A stretch of DNA of 64,000 bases from an uncultured virus (IMG/VR IMGVR_UViG_3300037400_003073). Taxonomy: Duplodnaviria; Heunggongvirae; Uroviricota; Caudoviricetes. The stretch lies in IMG/VR virus record IMGVR_UViG_3300037400_003073, one strand, 5' to 3'. Positions 8,434-17,169 of this stretch are shown piece after piece. The notes below the pieces were generated by a model. That model saw only the letters and a program-made list of their open reading frames with translations. It did no database searches and was not told the DNA's origin. The position numbers and the translations under genes are program-made. Within the stretch, counting starts at the first letter, position 1. Every line of letters begins with the position of its first letter.

Positions 8434-9799
8434 TTTCGCAAGCGTGCATAGGTCGCCCGCAACAGGGGCACACCTTGCCTTCCAGGGACACGAGCGCGGA
8501 GCCCAGGGCACTCGATGCGTTCTCTAGGGCCTCCTGGGCCTTTTCATAACCAGATAGGCCCGAAGTCAAAGCCTCCAGCGTACCGCGGCACCCGGATAGC
8601 GCGGACGCTACACGGGAGAGACGAACGAGCTTGCCGTCGATGAGCTCGAAGTCCAGGTGCGCAAATTTCGCGAGGTCCATATATTCCCGGAGCCGGTTCT
8701 CTTCGATTATCCGATTCCCGCGGTCGATTTCGTCGCGGGTGTGGGAGAGTTTCGCAAGGATCGCGTCGAGCCTGTCAACGTCGATGGCGGCAACCTTACG
8801 AGCGGCAACGTAATCGGTCCGGTCCGTGGCGTATCGCTTGAGCATGTTTTCCAGGCGGTCCCGTTCGGAACCTGTGCGGGAAACTTCCTCGAGAAGCGAA
8901 CCGGCGCGCCGCAACTTGTCAAGACCCGCGGCGTTCCGTTTTTCCGTGTGGTATTCCCGGAACGACTGGCTGAGCTTGGTGCTTGTCGTAATGGCGCGGT
9001 CCAGTCGTCTTGATAGGTCATCCAGGCTTTCGAGGGTGTCGTCGATGCGGTCCAGGGCCGCCGCGAGCGATCCGTTGCGGCGGTTCTCGGTTTCCCATTG
9101 CTCCAGTTCATCGCGTAGCCGCTGTTCCTTGGCTTCCAGCACACGGAGGTCGCCTTCCATCTTTGCCGCGTCGGTTGCTAGTTCCTGGAGACGCGGGACC
9201 CAGTCTAGCGCGGAAAGTTTCTCGGCGCACTTGTCCTGGGCGCCTATGGCGTACTTGAGTTCGGAAACGGTATCGCGGTGCATCCCATTCACTGTGGCAA
9301 GTGCCTCGTCGATAACTTGCAGGTCGACCAGGCTGTTCACGTATCGGGCGGCTTCTCCGGGCGTCGCGGAAATAAGGAATGGCGGGTCCATCTGTTGCTG
9401 GATGTTTACCGCCCCGATGTTTAGGGTTTCCGCGATTTCCTTCGGGACGTCGGTTCTCAACGCTTCGAAGTCACGGGAACATCCTACGGGGCTCCCGTCG
9501 TCTTCCGTGTCCAGGTGATAGCCGTTGTATGCCTGGGAGCGTTCGCGTGTAACGACGCCGCCTTCGGAATCCAGGCGGACCAGGCAACGGCCCTTGACGT
9601 TACCCTTGTCGTCCTTGATCCAGTTGGAGAGGTGGGCGGTGCCCTGTGGGCCGTTGGTGATACACCACAGGATAGCGCGCATGACCGCGGACTTGCCACA
9701 GTCGGAATCGCCTACCAGCGCGTTGATGCGCGGATGGAGCTGGAGCCGTGTCTTTTCATGGCTTTGAAAATTTGCGATATCTACTTTAAAAATACTCAT
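8429..9799 (-). CDS. SbcC/Rad50-like ATPase, N-terminal half ending in zinc hook
   Basis: NFQSH, GDSDCGKS Walker A, Q-loop, long coiled coil, terminal CPCCG. Confidence 0.88.
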   Translation of the reverse strand: MSIFKVDIANFQSHEKTRLQLHPRINALVGDSDCGKSAVMRAILWCITNGPQGTAHLSNWIKDDKGNVKGRCLVRLDSEGGVVTRERSQAYNGYHLDTEDDGSPVGCSRDFEALRTDVPKEIAETLNIGAVNIQQQMDPPFLISATPGEAARYVNSLVDLQVIDEALATVNGMHRDTVSELKYAIGAQDKCAEKLSALDWVPRLQELATDAAKMEGDLRVLEAKEQRLRDELEQWETENRRNGSLAAALDRIDDTLESLDDLSRRLDRAITTSTKLSQSFREYHTEKRNAAGLDKLRRAGSLLEEVSRTGSERDRLENMLKRYATDRTDYVAARKVAAIDVDRLDAILAKLSHTRDEIDRGNRIIEENRLREYMDLAKFAHLDFELIDGKLVRLSRVASALSGCRGTLEALTSGLSGYEKAQEALENASSALGSALVSLEGKVCPCCGRPMHACEM

Positions 9800-10230
9800 G
9801 TCCGTTTACCTTCGAGTTCTAGCGCTTTACGAAAACACACGCGATGCGCCTTTAGCTTTCTTGCGTATCTTCTGTCTATGGTGTCGCCCGGTGTAAACAA
9901 GCCACCCGCCTTACTGTATAGGATAGCAGCGGCAAGGTCGTGAGCTATTGCGAGGGCTCTGTAGAATTTTGCTCGGAGGGCATTGTACTTTTTGTCCAGT
10001 CCCTTGAGAACCTCGTCTACTTCGGATTTGCCGTATGCCTGGAACGTCGGGTCGTCTTCATACGGAATAAATGCCTGGAGCACGTGATCCTTATAAAATT
10101 TTTCAAATTCTTTTAGTTGGCGAAATTCCCGTTCTGTTTCCCGCAGGCGCTTGTATTCGTCTTCGGGGATTTCGATGGTTTTTTGTCCATGTGTAAAGTG
10201 TACTGGGTATTCCTTATGGTATTGTTCCAT
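9796..10230 (-). CDS. Hypothetical protein
   Basis: AGGAGG RBS, coupled ORF. Confidence 0.6.
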   Translation of the reverse strand: MEQYHKEYPVHFTHGQKTIEIPEDEYKRLRETEREFRQLKEFEKFYKDHVLQAFIPYEDDPTFQAYGKSEVDEVLKGLDKKYNALRAKFYRALAIAHDLAAAILYSKAGGLFTPGDTIDRRYARKLKAHRVCFRKALELEGKRT

Positions 10231-10681
10231 GCGGTGCCTCCTTTTCCATTTTCTTGCGGCGTCGGTATTCCCTCATGTAGGCGTTGTGTTTTTCCTTGTA
10301 CTCGGGGTCGTTCTTGTGGCGGGCGCGGAACTTCCGCGCGTTCTCCCGGGCTTTCTCCGGGTGCTCCTGTCGCCACTTGCGGCTGCGTTCCTTCTTGCTT
10401 TCGGGATGCGCTGCCTCCCATCGGTCAATCTTGGCACGTACCTTTTCGGGATGCCTTTGTCTGTAACGTTTCTCGCGCTCCCTGGCACTCTTTCGGCCTT
10501 TGGGGCTGTGGCGGTATTCCTGTTTGGATTTCTTGCGCTGGGGCGTATTTTCTCGAGCGTTGCGGCGCGTCTTCGAGGCGGTTGCTACGTGTTCCGCGGC
10601 GGTTGCGATCTGCTCAAGCGTCGTCGACGCCACGCGGTTTCTCGCTTCGGTGTAAATGTCGGTTGTCATGCTATTTGCCAT
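10214..10681 (-). CDS. Highly basic helical-repeat protein
   Basis: Repeated KWRQEHPEK-like units. Confidence 0.55.
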   Translation of the reverse strand: MANSMTTDIYTEARNRVASTTLEQIATAAEHVATASKTRRNARENTPQRKKSKQEYRHSPKGRKSAREREKRYRQRHPEKVRAKIDRWEAAHPESKKERSRKWRQEHPEKARENARKFRARHKNDPEYKEKHNAYMREYRRRKKMEKEAPHGTIP

Positions 10682-11084
10682 TGGCTACCTCGGTTCGGGA
10701 TTTTCGGGGGCGTCCGATAGGTTTCGGGTTAGGATGGGTCTTGTGCCACCAGGCACGCTTGCGTTCCCTGTCGTATTCCCGGTTCGCCTCGCGCCATTTC
10801 TTGTTTTCTTCATGATTCTTGCGCTTGCCTTCCGGTGTGGCCCTGTATGCCCGTTTATTTGCGTTCAGTTCGTCGCGGTGTTCTTCACGGTACTTCCGTT
10901 GCTGTGCCTTGCGCTTCGGTGTGCCATTCCTCCGCTGGTCTCTAAGTGCGCGGTTACGTTTACTTGCGTCTTCGATCCGTTGGGGCTTGTATGTGTCGTG
11001 CTTTGCGGCACTTCTTTCAGCGATTAGGGATTCCCAGTTGACGCAGGCTTCTGTACCCATTAGAGGTTCTCCCGGCGTGCCCAT
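10671..11084 (-). CDS. Highly basic helical-repeat protein with AT-hook-like GRPRK
   Basis: KYREEHRDE/KWREANRE units; PIGRPRK. Confidence 0.55.
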   Translation of the reverse strand: MGTPGEPLMGTEACVNWESLIAERSAAKHDTYKPQRIEDASKRNRALRDQRRNGTPKRKAQQRKYREEHRDELNANKRAYRATPEGKRKNHEENKKWREANREYDRERKRAWWHKTHPNPKPIGRPRKSRTEVANGK

Positions 11085-11575
11085 TCAGCAATAAGCAGCG
11101 CGTCTGCATCCTTGTGCTTCTTTATCGTCGCGCTATGGGCGGGGAATAGCCGCATCCCGATGTCCTCGCTTGCACGCTTGAGTTCCGGGGCTCCCGTGCA
11201 ACCCGGGGGCAGCAGTTTCTTTTGCCATGCCCGGGAATCCGTGTACATGCGGGGAATGCCCAGGCCCTCCAGTACGATGAGGGTAGCTTCAAGCGCGCGC
11301 AACGCGGAACAGGATGCCATGAACCTCGCGGGGTTCACCATCGGGCGTTCTATCACCGCGATACATTCCTCGGGGGTTATCTGTTCCCGGTCCATGAGTT
11401 CGAACAGCACCGCCTCGAGGGCTTTCGTGTCGATGCGGGTCACGTTCTTCTTTTCGCGGGTGTAGTTCTGCTCGGACTTGACCGGTGTCTCGATAAATCC
11501 CGACGGGACAACGTTAGAGACCCAGGCGACGGTGCCGGTCACCCCATTGTCTATCCCTATGTATAGTTTGTGCAT
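11060..11575 (-). CDS. RuvC-like Holliday junction resolvase
   Basis: IGIDNG, VIERP, WQK, DADALLIA. Confidence 0.8.
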   Translation of the reverse strand: MHKLYIGIDNGVTGTVAWVSNVVPSGFIETPVKSEQNYTREKKNVTRIDTKALEAVLFELMDREQITPEECIAVIERPMVNPARFMASCSALRALEATLIVLEGLGIPRMYTDSRAWQKKLLPPGCTGAPELKRASEDIGMRLFPAHSATIKKHKDADALLIAEWARRENL

Positions 11576-11578
11576 GTT

Positions 11579-11752
11579 TTAAGCCTCCAAAGTTTTCAAT
11601 ATTAGAACGGGCATCATTGCTGTCGTGGCGACGGCCCACGCCACTTCCTCGGGCGTGAGCTCACCCAAGGCGATCATTTCCCGCGCCGTTTCTGTAGGGC
11701 GTTCCGCCTTCGGTATGCGCTTTAGTTTTTCCCACAACTTCAAGGTGTCCAT
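11579..11752 (-). CDS. Small hypothetical protein
   Basis: MDTLKLW start with AGGAG RBS. Confidence 0.45.
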   Translation of the reverse strand: MDTLKLWEKLKRIPKAERPTETAREMIALGELTPEEVAWAVATTAMMPVLILKTLEA

Positions 11753-11754
11753 GT

Positions 11755-13020
11755 TTACTCCTGGGAATACTTGCCAGGGCGGCCCGTCTTGATGCTGTCT
11801 TCGATGCGTTCCCACTTCTCTCGGACACGACGGGTCAGTTCCTCGCGCATGGCTTTGTTTTCCTTCTTTTCGATAAGGTCGATGAGTTCCACGCGTGTGT
11901 AGGTCTTGCCAAATTCCCGGTCGAAGGCTTCCTGGTGCTTCGTGTCAGCTTCCACCCATTCCAGGATGTCCGCAACGGAGAGGGACGACTTTGTTTTCTT
12001 TGTCGCGGCCAGGCATTCTTCGAGGAGCTTCTTTTCGGTTAGCCATGCGACAAAGTTGTCGCGGTTCTTTTCCCTTGCGGTTTCACTCCACGTGATTTGC
12101 TTCGCGGCTTTCGTAAGCTCGCCGTCCTTGCCGCGCAAGTCAAAAAGGAAATCCAGGTTAGAACCGATGTTGTCTATGCCGTAATCAAAGAAAATTGTAA
12201 AATATACGGTACGGTACGGGCGGGGAGTCTTGCTCTTTGTCGTGCTTGCCGAAACGTACACACCGATAACGCGGTCACCCTGTTTAATTTGATAGATGGT
12301 CTTTAAAAAAATTCGCGTATGTGCATAAAATTCGAGAGCCTTGCCACAGGACACTGTCCACTTTTGCCCGTACATACCGGCCTTCATGTTGTCGCGGATC
12401 TGTGAGACGATAATGACGGATAGCTGGGCGTCGCGCAGTTTCTTGTGCTTCGTTCGGAAGAACTGCTGGCTCATGAACTTCGCAATTTGCGCCCCGTAGT
12501 CACCCGGGTCTTCCACAGTTTCGCCCGCCTTGAGCAACTTGAGGCGGTTCGCCTCCATTTCCTCGCGTGTGGCGTCGCTCAAGCCGTCGAGGGAGTCCAA
12601 TGCGTAGATACCGACCTGGCCTGGTTCCATGCTTTGCAGCACCAGGGAGACCTGGGCGTCCATCTGTTCGACCGTGGCGCTGTCGCCTATGCGCTTGGGC
12701 CCTATCTTGTGTTCCTCGGGATGAAGATCCACATTGTAGAGTCGCATACTGTCGAAGGTATCGCCGCTTTCAGCGTCGTCGCTGTGGAATACAAAACGGT
12801 CGCGGAACTTCCAGTAGTTCGCTGCCACTATTTCGTTCTTTACAAAGGATTTTCCGGCGCTCTTGTCGCCTATGATGTTGAGGATAGTTCCATAGGGGAG
12901 CCCGTAGACTCCCTTGTCGCCACCGATTAGAAGGTCCAAGAGGTCGCAACCCGTCTGCATGTATTCCTGTTGGACTGGTGCGGTTACTTCCGGTTCTTTT
13001 TCTTTTTTCTTTGTTGCCAT
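11755..13020 (-). CDS. RecA/UvsX-like recombinase
   Basis: QTGCDLLDLLIGG, GDKSAGKS, ALDSL, SQIRD, GKALEFYA. Confidence 0.9.
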   Translation of the reverse strand: MATKKKEKEPEVTAPVQQEYMQTGCDLLDLLIGGDKGVYGLPYGTILNIIGDKSAGKSFVKNEIVAANYWKFRDRFVFHSDDAESGDTFDSMRLYNVDLHPEEHKIGPKRIGDSATVEQMDAQVSLVLQSMEPGQVGIYALDSLDGLSDATREEMEANRLKLLKAGETVEDPGDYGAQIAKFMSQQFFRTKHKKLRDAQLSVIIVSQIRDNMKAGMYGQKWTVSCGKALEFYAHTRIFLKTIYQIKQGDRVIGVYVSASTTKSKTPRPYRTVYFTIFFDYGIDNIGSNLDFLFDLRGKDGELTKAAKQITWSETAREKNRDNFVAWLTEKKLLEECLAATKKTKSSLSVADILEWVEADTKHQEAFDREFGKTYTRVELIDLIEKKENKAMREELTRRVREKWERIEDSIKTGRPGKYSQE

Positions 13021-13098
13021 GTATGTTTTTACCTCGTTTTCTATATAGGAAAAGCACCGGTCGCCCGGTGCCTTGTGTCTTGGCTCTTAACGGAGAAA

Positions 13099-14346
13099 CT
13101 ACCTGCCCGAGGCGCGCTTGCATCGTCCATAGATGGAATCGGGGCAATCCGGGCACATGGACTTGCGGTCACAGTCAGTGCCGAAACAATATCCGTGGGG
13201 GCACTTTTCTTCGGTGCTTGTTTCCTGGGGGCGCGTTTCCTGTGAGCGTTCCTGGTCGCGACCGCCGCGTTCAAGGTTTGTCGGCTGGTCCGGGAACGGG
13301 TCCTGGAAGTCACGGCCATCGGAACCGCGGAGCGTGCGTTCCTGGGGCTGTTCGTCACGCGGAGAACGTTCCTCGCGATCGGAACCGCGGCTCGGCTGTT
13401 CATCGTCACGACGGGACTGACCACGTTCATAGTCACGGCCACCTCGTTCCTGGTCCCTCGCGGTTTCTTCGCGGTCGCGTCGCAGGTCTTCGTAATATTC
13501 TCGACGGTCTTCGTTGCGGTCATAATCACGGCCACCGCGTTCCTGGTCGCGACCGCCACGGTTGTCGTTGTCGCGGTTGTCATTGGAAGGTCCGCCAAAC
13601 ATGGCAGTTTCGATGTCTTCCTTCGTCGAGACGACCAACAGGGAATCGAGACACGGAACGGCGTCAAGAACAGAGTCGGGGATTTCTTCACGGCGCTTGT
13701 TGAATGCGAAGTTCTTCGCGATTTTATACTTGCGGCCACCGCCCATTGATTCTTCGCCAATTTGGAACGACACCTCGCGTCCGGCGGCTCCAGGGTTCGC
13801 AAAGTCAACGACACCATCGCCGCGCATGCAGGCTGTGGACGCGTCCGTCAAGTCGTGGGTGAAGTTGTTATAGGCGCAATCCAGCAACATGGGCACATCG
13901 TCACCGCGTCCACGTTCGTCGAGAGGCTGGACGCACAGGAGGGAGCGCTTGCTGGCCCACATTCCCTTGGCGGCGTCGCTTCCGTTCTCGTCCGAAAGAC
14001 GCTGCGCTTCCTCGCACATCGGGCACGCCTTGCCGTATGTCTTTTTCGGGCAAATGTAGGTGCCCTTGTCGGGTCCTACGTTCTTGTGCACAAAGTAGTC
14101 GACGGAATAGTCCCAGTCGCCCTCGCGCAATTCACCGGCGACGACTGCTGGGTTGTTGCGGCCCACGCGGAACGGGAGGATGTTCACGTCGTAGTATTTC
14201 TTGACCTCTCCGAACTTGTAAAACTTGAGGTTTACAGAACGCGTGTCGAGGGCCTGGGTGCCACGGGCGCCAGTGTTGTCTTCGTTCGTTTCGGTACGGC
14301 GCTGGTAACGTCCGCCCATTCGGATTTCGTTGCGGTTAATCGCCAT
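13099..14346 (-). CDS. gp32-like single-stranded DNA-binding protein with low-complexity tail and C-terminal Cys cluster
   Basis: VH...ICPKKTYGKACPMCE zinc motif; between UvsX and UvsY; DQERGGRD repeats. Confidence 0.7.
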   Translation of the reverse strand: MAINRNEIRMGGRYQRRTETNEDNTGARGTQALDTRSVNLKFYKFGEVKKYYDVNILPFRVGRNNPAVVAGELREGDWDYSVDYFVHKNVGPDKGTYICPKKTYGKACPMCEEAQRLSDENGSDAAKGMWASKRSLLCVQPLDERGRGDDVPMLLDCAYNNFTHDLTDASTACMRGDGVVDFANPGAAGREVSFQIGEESMGGGRKYKIAKNFAFNKRREEIPDSVLDAVPCLDSLLVVSTKEDIETAMFGGPSNDNRDNDNRGGRDQERGGRDYDRNEDRREYYEDLRRDREETARDQERGGRDYERGQSRRDDEQPSRGSDREERSPRDEQPQERTLRGSDGRDFQDPFPDQPTNLERGGRDQERSQETRPQETSTEEKCPHGYCFGTDCDRKSMCPDCPDSIYGRCKRASGR

Positions 14347-14828
14347 TAGCTTCTCTCCTTGTTAAGATTTGCGCGGAGCGTGCTCCGTGAGGTTTCTTGT
14401 GAAAAATCGGACACCGCCCCGGTGCTGGATGTCTCGTAGTTACGGGAACATGTCATGCGGACCGCGCATTCTATCGCGGTCTTTTTGTGGTCCAAAGCCC
14501 GGACGATGCGGGACGCGTCGAGGAGCTTCCTGTTCGCGACTACTACTTCGTCACGGAGTTTTTCAAGTTCGGGGTCAGCAAGGACCAACGCCGCGATTTT
14601 CGCTTCGGTGAGCTTTTCGCCACGATCCGCGGCCCCCTTTCGGATGTCCAGTTCGCAGCGTGCGCTCTGTACGTCGAGCTTGTTCACGGCGCGGTCGCGC
14701 GCTTCACGTGCGTCGGCTTCCTTACTCGCGTAATAGTCGAAAAGGCTGGACTGTCGGGCGACCGCCGTTTGAAGGTCCGCGAAATCAAGATCGAGGTCGC
14801 GGTTCTCGCTTGGGTAAAATTCAGACAT
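14346..14828 (-). CDS. UvsY-like recombination mediator
   Basis: Helical; KLTEAKIAALVLADPE motif; synteny. Confidence 0.6.
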   Translation of the reverse strand: MSEFYPSENRDLDLDFADLQTAVARQSSLFDYYASKEADAREARDRAVNKLDVQSARCELDIRKGAADRGEKLTEAKIAALVLADPELEKLRDEVVVANRKLLDASRIVRALDHKKTAIECAVRMTCSRNYETSSTGAVSDFSQETSRSTLRANLNKERS

Positions 14829-14877
14829 TTAAATACCTCTTTTAGTTCTTCCGTCATATAGACAACCGACCGGTAGG

Positions 14878-15819
14878 TTACAGACCGCTACGCCATGCCG
14901 CCAGCGTTATACCGGGGAACCCTGTGTCATAAGTCGGGAGCGCGAATTCCTCAAGGACGCGGGCGGCGTGCTTGTCCATGCGCTTGAGCAATATGGCCTG
15001 GGCGTATCCCAGGATTCCTCGCCGCAACGTCTCGGGGTCGACCTTGCCCTTGAGTGGTTCCAGCGCGCTTGCAATTTCGGCCCATGCGGCACCCTTACAA
15101 AGCAGCTGGCACAATGTCCGAGTTTCGAGGTCCTCGTCAAAGGCCCCGCCTTCGAGCAGCTTGAGCTGGGCGGGCAAGTCGTCAACAATCGGCATGACCT
15201 TTTCGAGAGCCACGAGAGCCGCGCGCGGTGATCCTTCCGCGGACTGGACGATAGCTTCGAGAAGTTCGGGGACCAGCTTATAGTTTTCTTTTTCTGCGAC
15301 GCTGGACACCAGGCTGGTGAGTTGCCGTTTGTTGAGCGGTTCGACCTTCCATTGGGTGCAGCGTGTGCTTATGGCTTTTCCGGCGTCACCCTTGAGCAGC
15401 TTCGGCAGGTCCGTTGTACATAAGAAAAAATAAACATGGTCGGGGCATTCTTCGAGAGGCTTGAGGTACGCGGCCTTTTCGTCGAGGGTCATGCCGTGGG
15501 CTTCGTCGATGATATAGACGGTCGCCTCGCCTGTAAGCGGAAGGCATCCCATTTCGGCAATGATTTCGCGGGCCGTGTCGATGCCGCGGTTTTCCGCCTT
15601 GTTGATTTCGTGGATGCTCAAGTCGTCCGCATGAAGTATTGAACGGGCAATGCAACGGGCGAGCGTCGTCTTGCCGCAACCGCTTGGGCCGTAGATGATG
15701 TGGGCATGTGAGACCCTGGACGCGGGCTGCGCAAAGTGTTCGCGGATTCCGTTCACGACGGCGGTGTTGCCCTTGACTTCTTCGAGAGTTTTCGGGCGGT
15801 ATTCTTTGTATAGGCTCAT
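14878..15819 (-). CDS. dnaX: DNA polymerase III gamma/tau-like clamp-loader ATPase
   Basis: LYKEYRPKTL, GPSGCGKTT, IIDEAH, LKPLEE, STRC. Confidence 0.88.
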   Translation of the reverse strand: MSLYKEYRPKTLEEVKGNTAVVNGIREHFAQPASRVSHAHIIYGPSGCGKTTLARCIARSILHADDLSIHEINKAENRGIDTAREIIAEMGCLPLTGEATVYIIDEAHGMTLDEKAAYLKPLEECPDHVYFFLCTTDLPKLLKGDAGKAISTRCTQWKVEPLNKRQLTSLVSSVAEKENYKLVPELLEAIVQSAEGSPRAALVALEKVMPIVDDLPAQLKLLEGGAFDEDLETRTLCQLLCKGAAWAEIASALEPLKGKVDPETLRRGILGYAQAILLKRMDKHAARVLEEFALPTYDTGFPGITLAAWRSGL

Positions 15820-16028
15820 TTAATGATTCCCTCCGAAACGCCCATAGATACAAGGGCGTCCTCTATCTTGGTTTGTAGTGTTAGAACATCACCGGCGGAC
15901 GGCGTACCGCTCGTATAGTTACGGAGCAGGCCGTCAGCGGCGTCTTCAAGGTCAAGCGGCGACGGATCGTCGAGAGCGACCTCCGCACCACATTCCGGGC
16001 AATATATGAAATTTTCATTGTTTGGCAT
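15816..16028 (-). CDS. Small hypothetical protein (CPECG)
   Basis: Coupled ORF. Confidence 0.5.
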   Translation of the reverse strand: MPNNENFIYCPECGAEVALDDPSPLDLEDAADGLLRNYTSGTPSAGDVLTLQTKIEDALVSMGVSEGIIK

Positions 16029-16416
16029 TTTGGTTTTCCTGTTCTTTCTGCTTACGTTTAAGGCGTAACAATTTCTTGTAATGTCCGTAGGATAGCTCCA
16101 TACGCAGGTACGTGTTGTTACGGGCTACCCGTTGAAGGTACGCGGCACCGAGAGCCGTCCACTTGTAAAATTTTGATTTCTTGTCATATTTTAGAAGCCC
16201 CAGCTGTACGAACTTCGGGTGTTCCTTTGCGGTAGCCTTCGAATCTTTTTTAACGTAGCTTCCACCATACGGCAACCATGAATACTTGCCGTTACGCTGA
16301 ACCCGTCCTTGGATAGTTGCAGGGTTGCATAAAGGACCTGCGCACAAAATAAGTTCTTTTATTTCGGGGATGGTAAGTTCAATCCCGTAAAATTTCAATC
16401 TTGGAGTTTTAGCCAT
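16015..16416 (-). CDS. Basic hypothetical protein (AT-richer)
   Basis: AAGGA RBS; immediately downstream of the RNA cluster. Confidence 0.6.
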   Translation of the reverse strand: MAKTPRLKFYGIELTIPEIKELILCAGPLCNPATIQGRVQRNGKYSWLPYGGSYVKKDSKATAKEHPKFVQLGLLKYDKKSKFYKWTALGAAYLQRVARNNTYLRMELSYGHYKKLLRLKRKQKEQENQNAKQ

Positions 16417-16429
16417 TTAGATTCCTTAA

Positions 16430-16791
16430 AATGGTATGGGCGCGGTTACGGGTACTCCTTTCTAACCCTTGGCCGCACCCTTGTTGTAGGCCTCCAACGT
16501 TAGCCACCGCACCAGGCCTCGGTGGTGCGGTCCCGTCCGGTATTTCGGACCCGGCGTCGGCCCCTATTCTCTAGGCGGGCAACACTCCCACGGCGTTCAC
16601 CTACAACAACTGCAAGGAACCACACTGGTTGCGCAATTCCAGGAGCTGTAATTTGTACGCGGAACTTTGCGGGCCTTGCTTTTCGAGAATGGAGTCGAAC
16701 AAAGAAGGCTAGAAAAGGACTCCTTAACGTTGCCGGGCACCTGGGTGTCTATTGATAGGGGAGCAATAAGGAGAAAATCCCAGGTCCCGGC
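16430..16791 (-). ncRNA. Candidate structured RNA(s) downstream of the tRNA
   Basis: No credible ORF; stems 16438-16480, 16481-16490/16600-16609 (multibranch), 16611-16679, 16732-16791. Confidence 0.5.
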
Positions 16792-16794
16792 GTA

Positions 16795-16867
16795 TTGCAA
16801 CAGCGGGGCTCGAACCCGCAGCCTCGTCCTTCGGAGGGACGCGCTCTATCCATTGAGCTATGCCACA
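16795..16867 (-). tRNA. tRNA-Arg(CCG), CCA not encoded
   Basis: Cloverleaf: TGTGGCA/TGTTGCA acceptor, GCTC/GAGC D-stem, CGTCC-CTCCGAA-GGACG, GCGGG-TTCGAGC-CCCGC. Confidence 0.9.
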
Positions 16868-16927
16868 AGGGTCGCGTGGTTCGCAAGTCGAGGATACCAC
16901 TCACACCACTTGCGCCCCCGCGTTGTT

Positions 16928-17014
16928 AGTATAGGCAACCGACCGGTCTTCTTGTGGGGTTAGCTCGGCGGCGCCGTGCCGGTTGCCTATTCCCAATATA
17001 GAAACAACCCCGGT
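16928..17014 (-). promoter_or_regulatory. Two tandem ACCGG-N9-TATAYT promoters upstream of the tRNA/RNA cluster
   Basis: accggtcggttgcctatact (16928-16947) and accggggttgtttctatatt (16995-17014). Confidence 0.7.
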
Positions 17015-17017
17015 AGG

Positions 17018-17161
17018 TCATAGCCAGGTCACGGACAACGTGAGCACTCCCGCCGCGATCCAGTACACGGACATCCGCAGGTCGTGGTTCATGATGTAGG
17101 GAACCGCCGACAAAAGGTCCAAAATTATAAGGACGGTCGGGAATATCTTTTCTTTTGGCAT
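17018..17161 (-). CDS. 47-aa two-TM protein (MPKEKIFPT...SVTWL), paralog of 62622-62762
   Basis: AGGAGG RBS; about 70% identical to the right-end copy. Confidence 0.8.
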   Translation of the reverse strand: MPKEKIFPTVLIILDLLSAVPYIMNHDLRMSVYWIAAGVLTLSVTWL

Positions 17162-17169
17162 TTTGCCTC

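Noticed and set aside
13041..13817. 258-aa alternative-frame ORF over the SSB
   Set aside because: Frame shadow of the repetitive SSB tail; no RBS or domain
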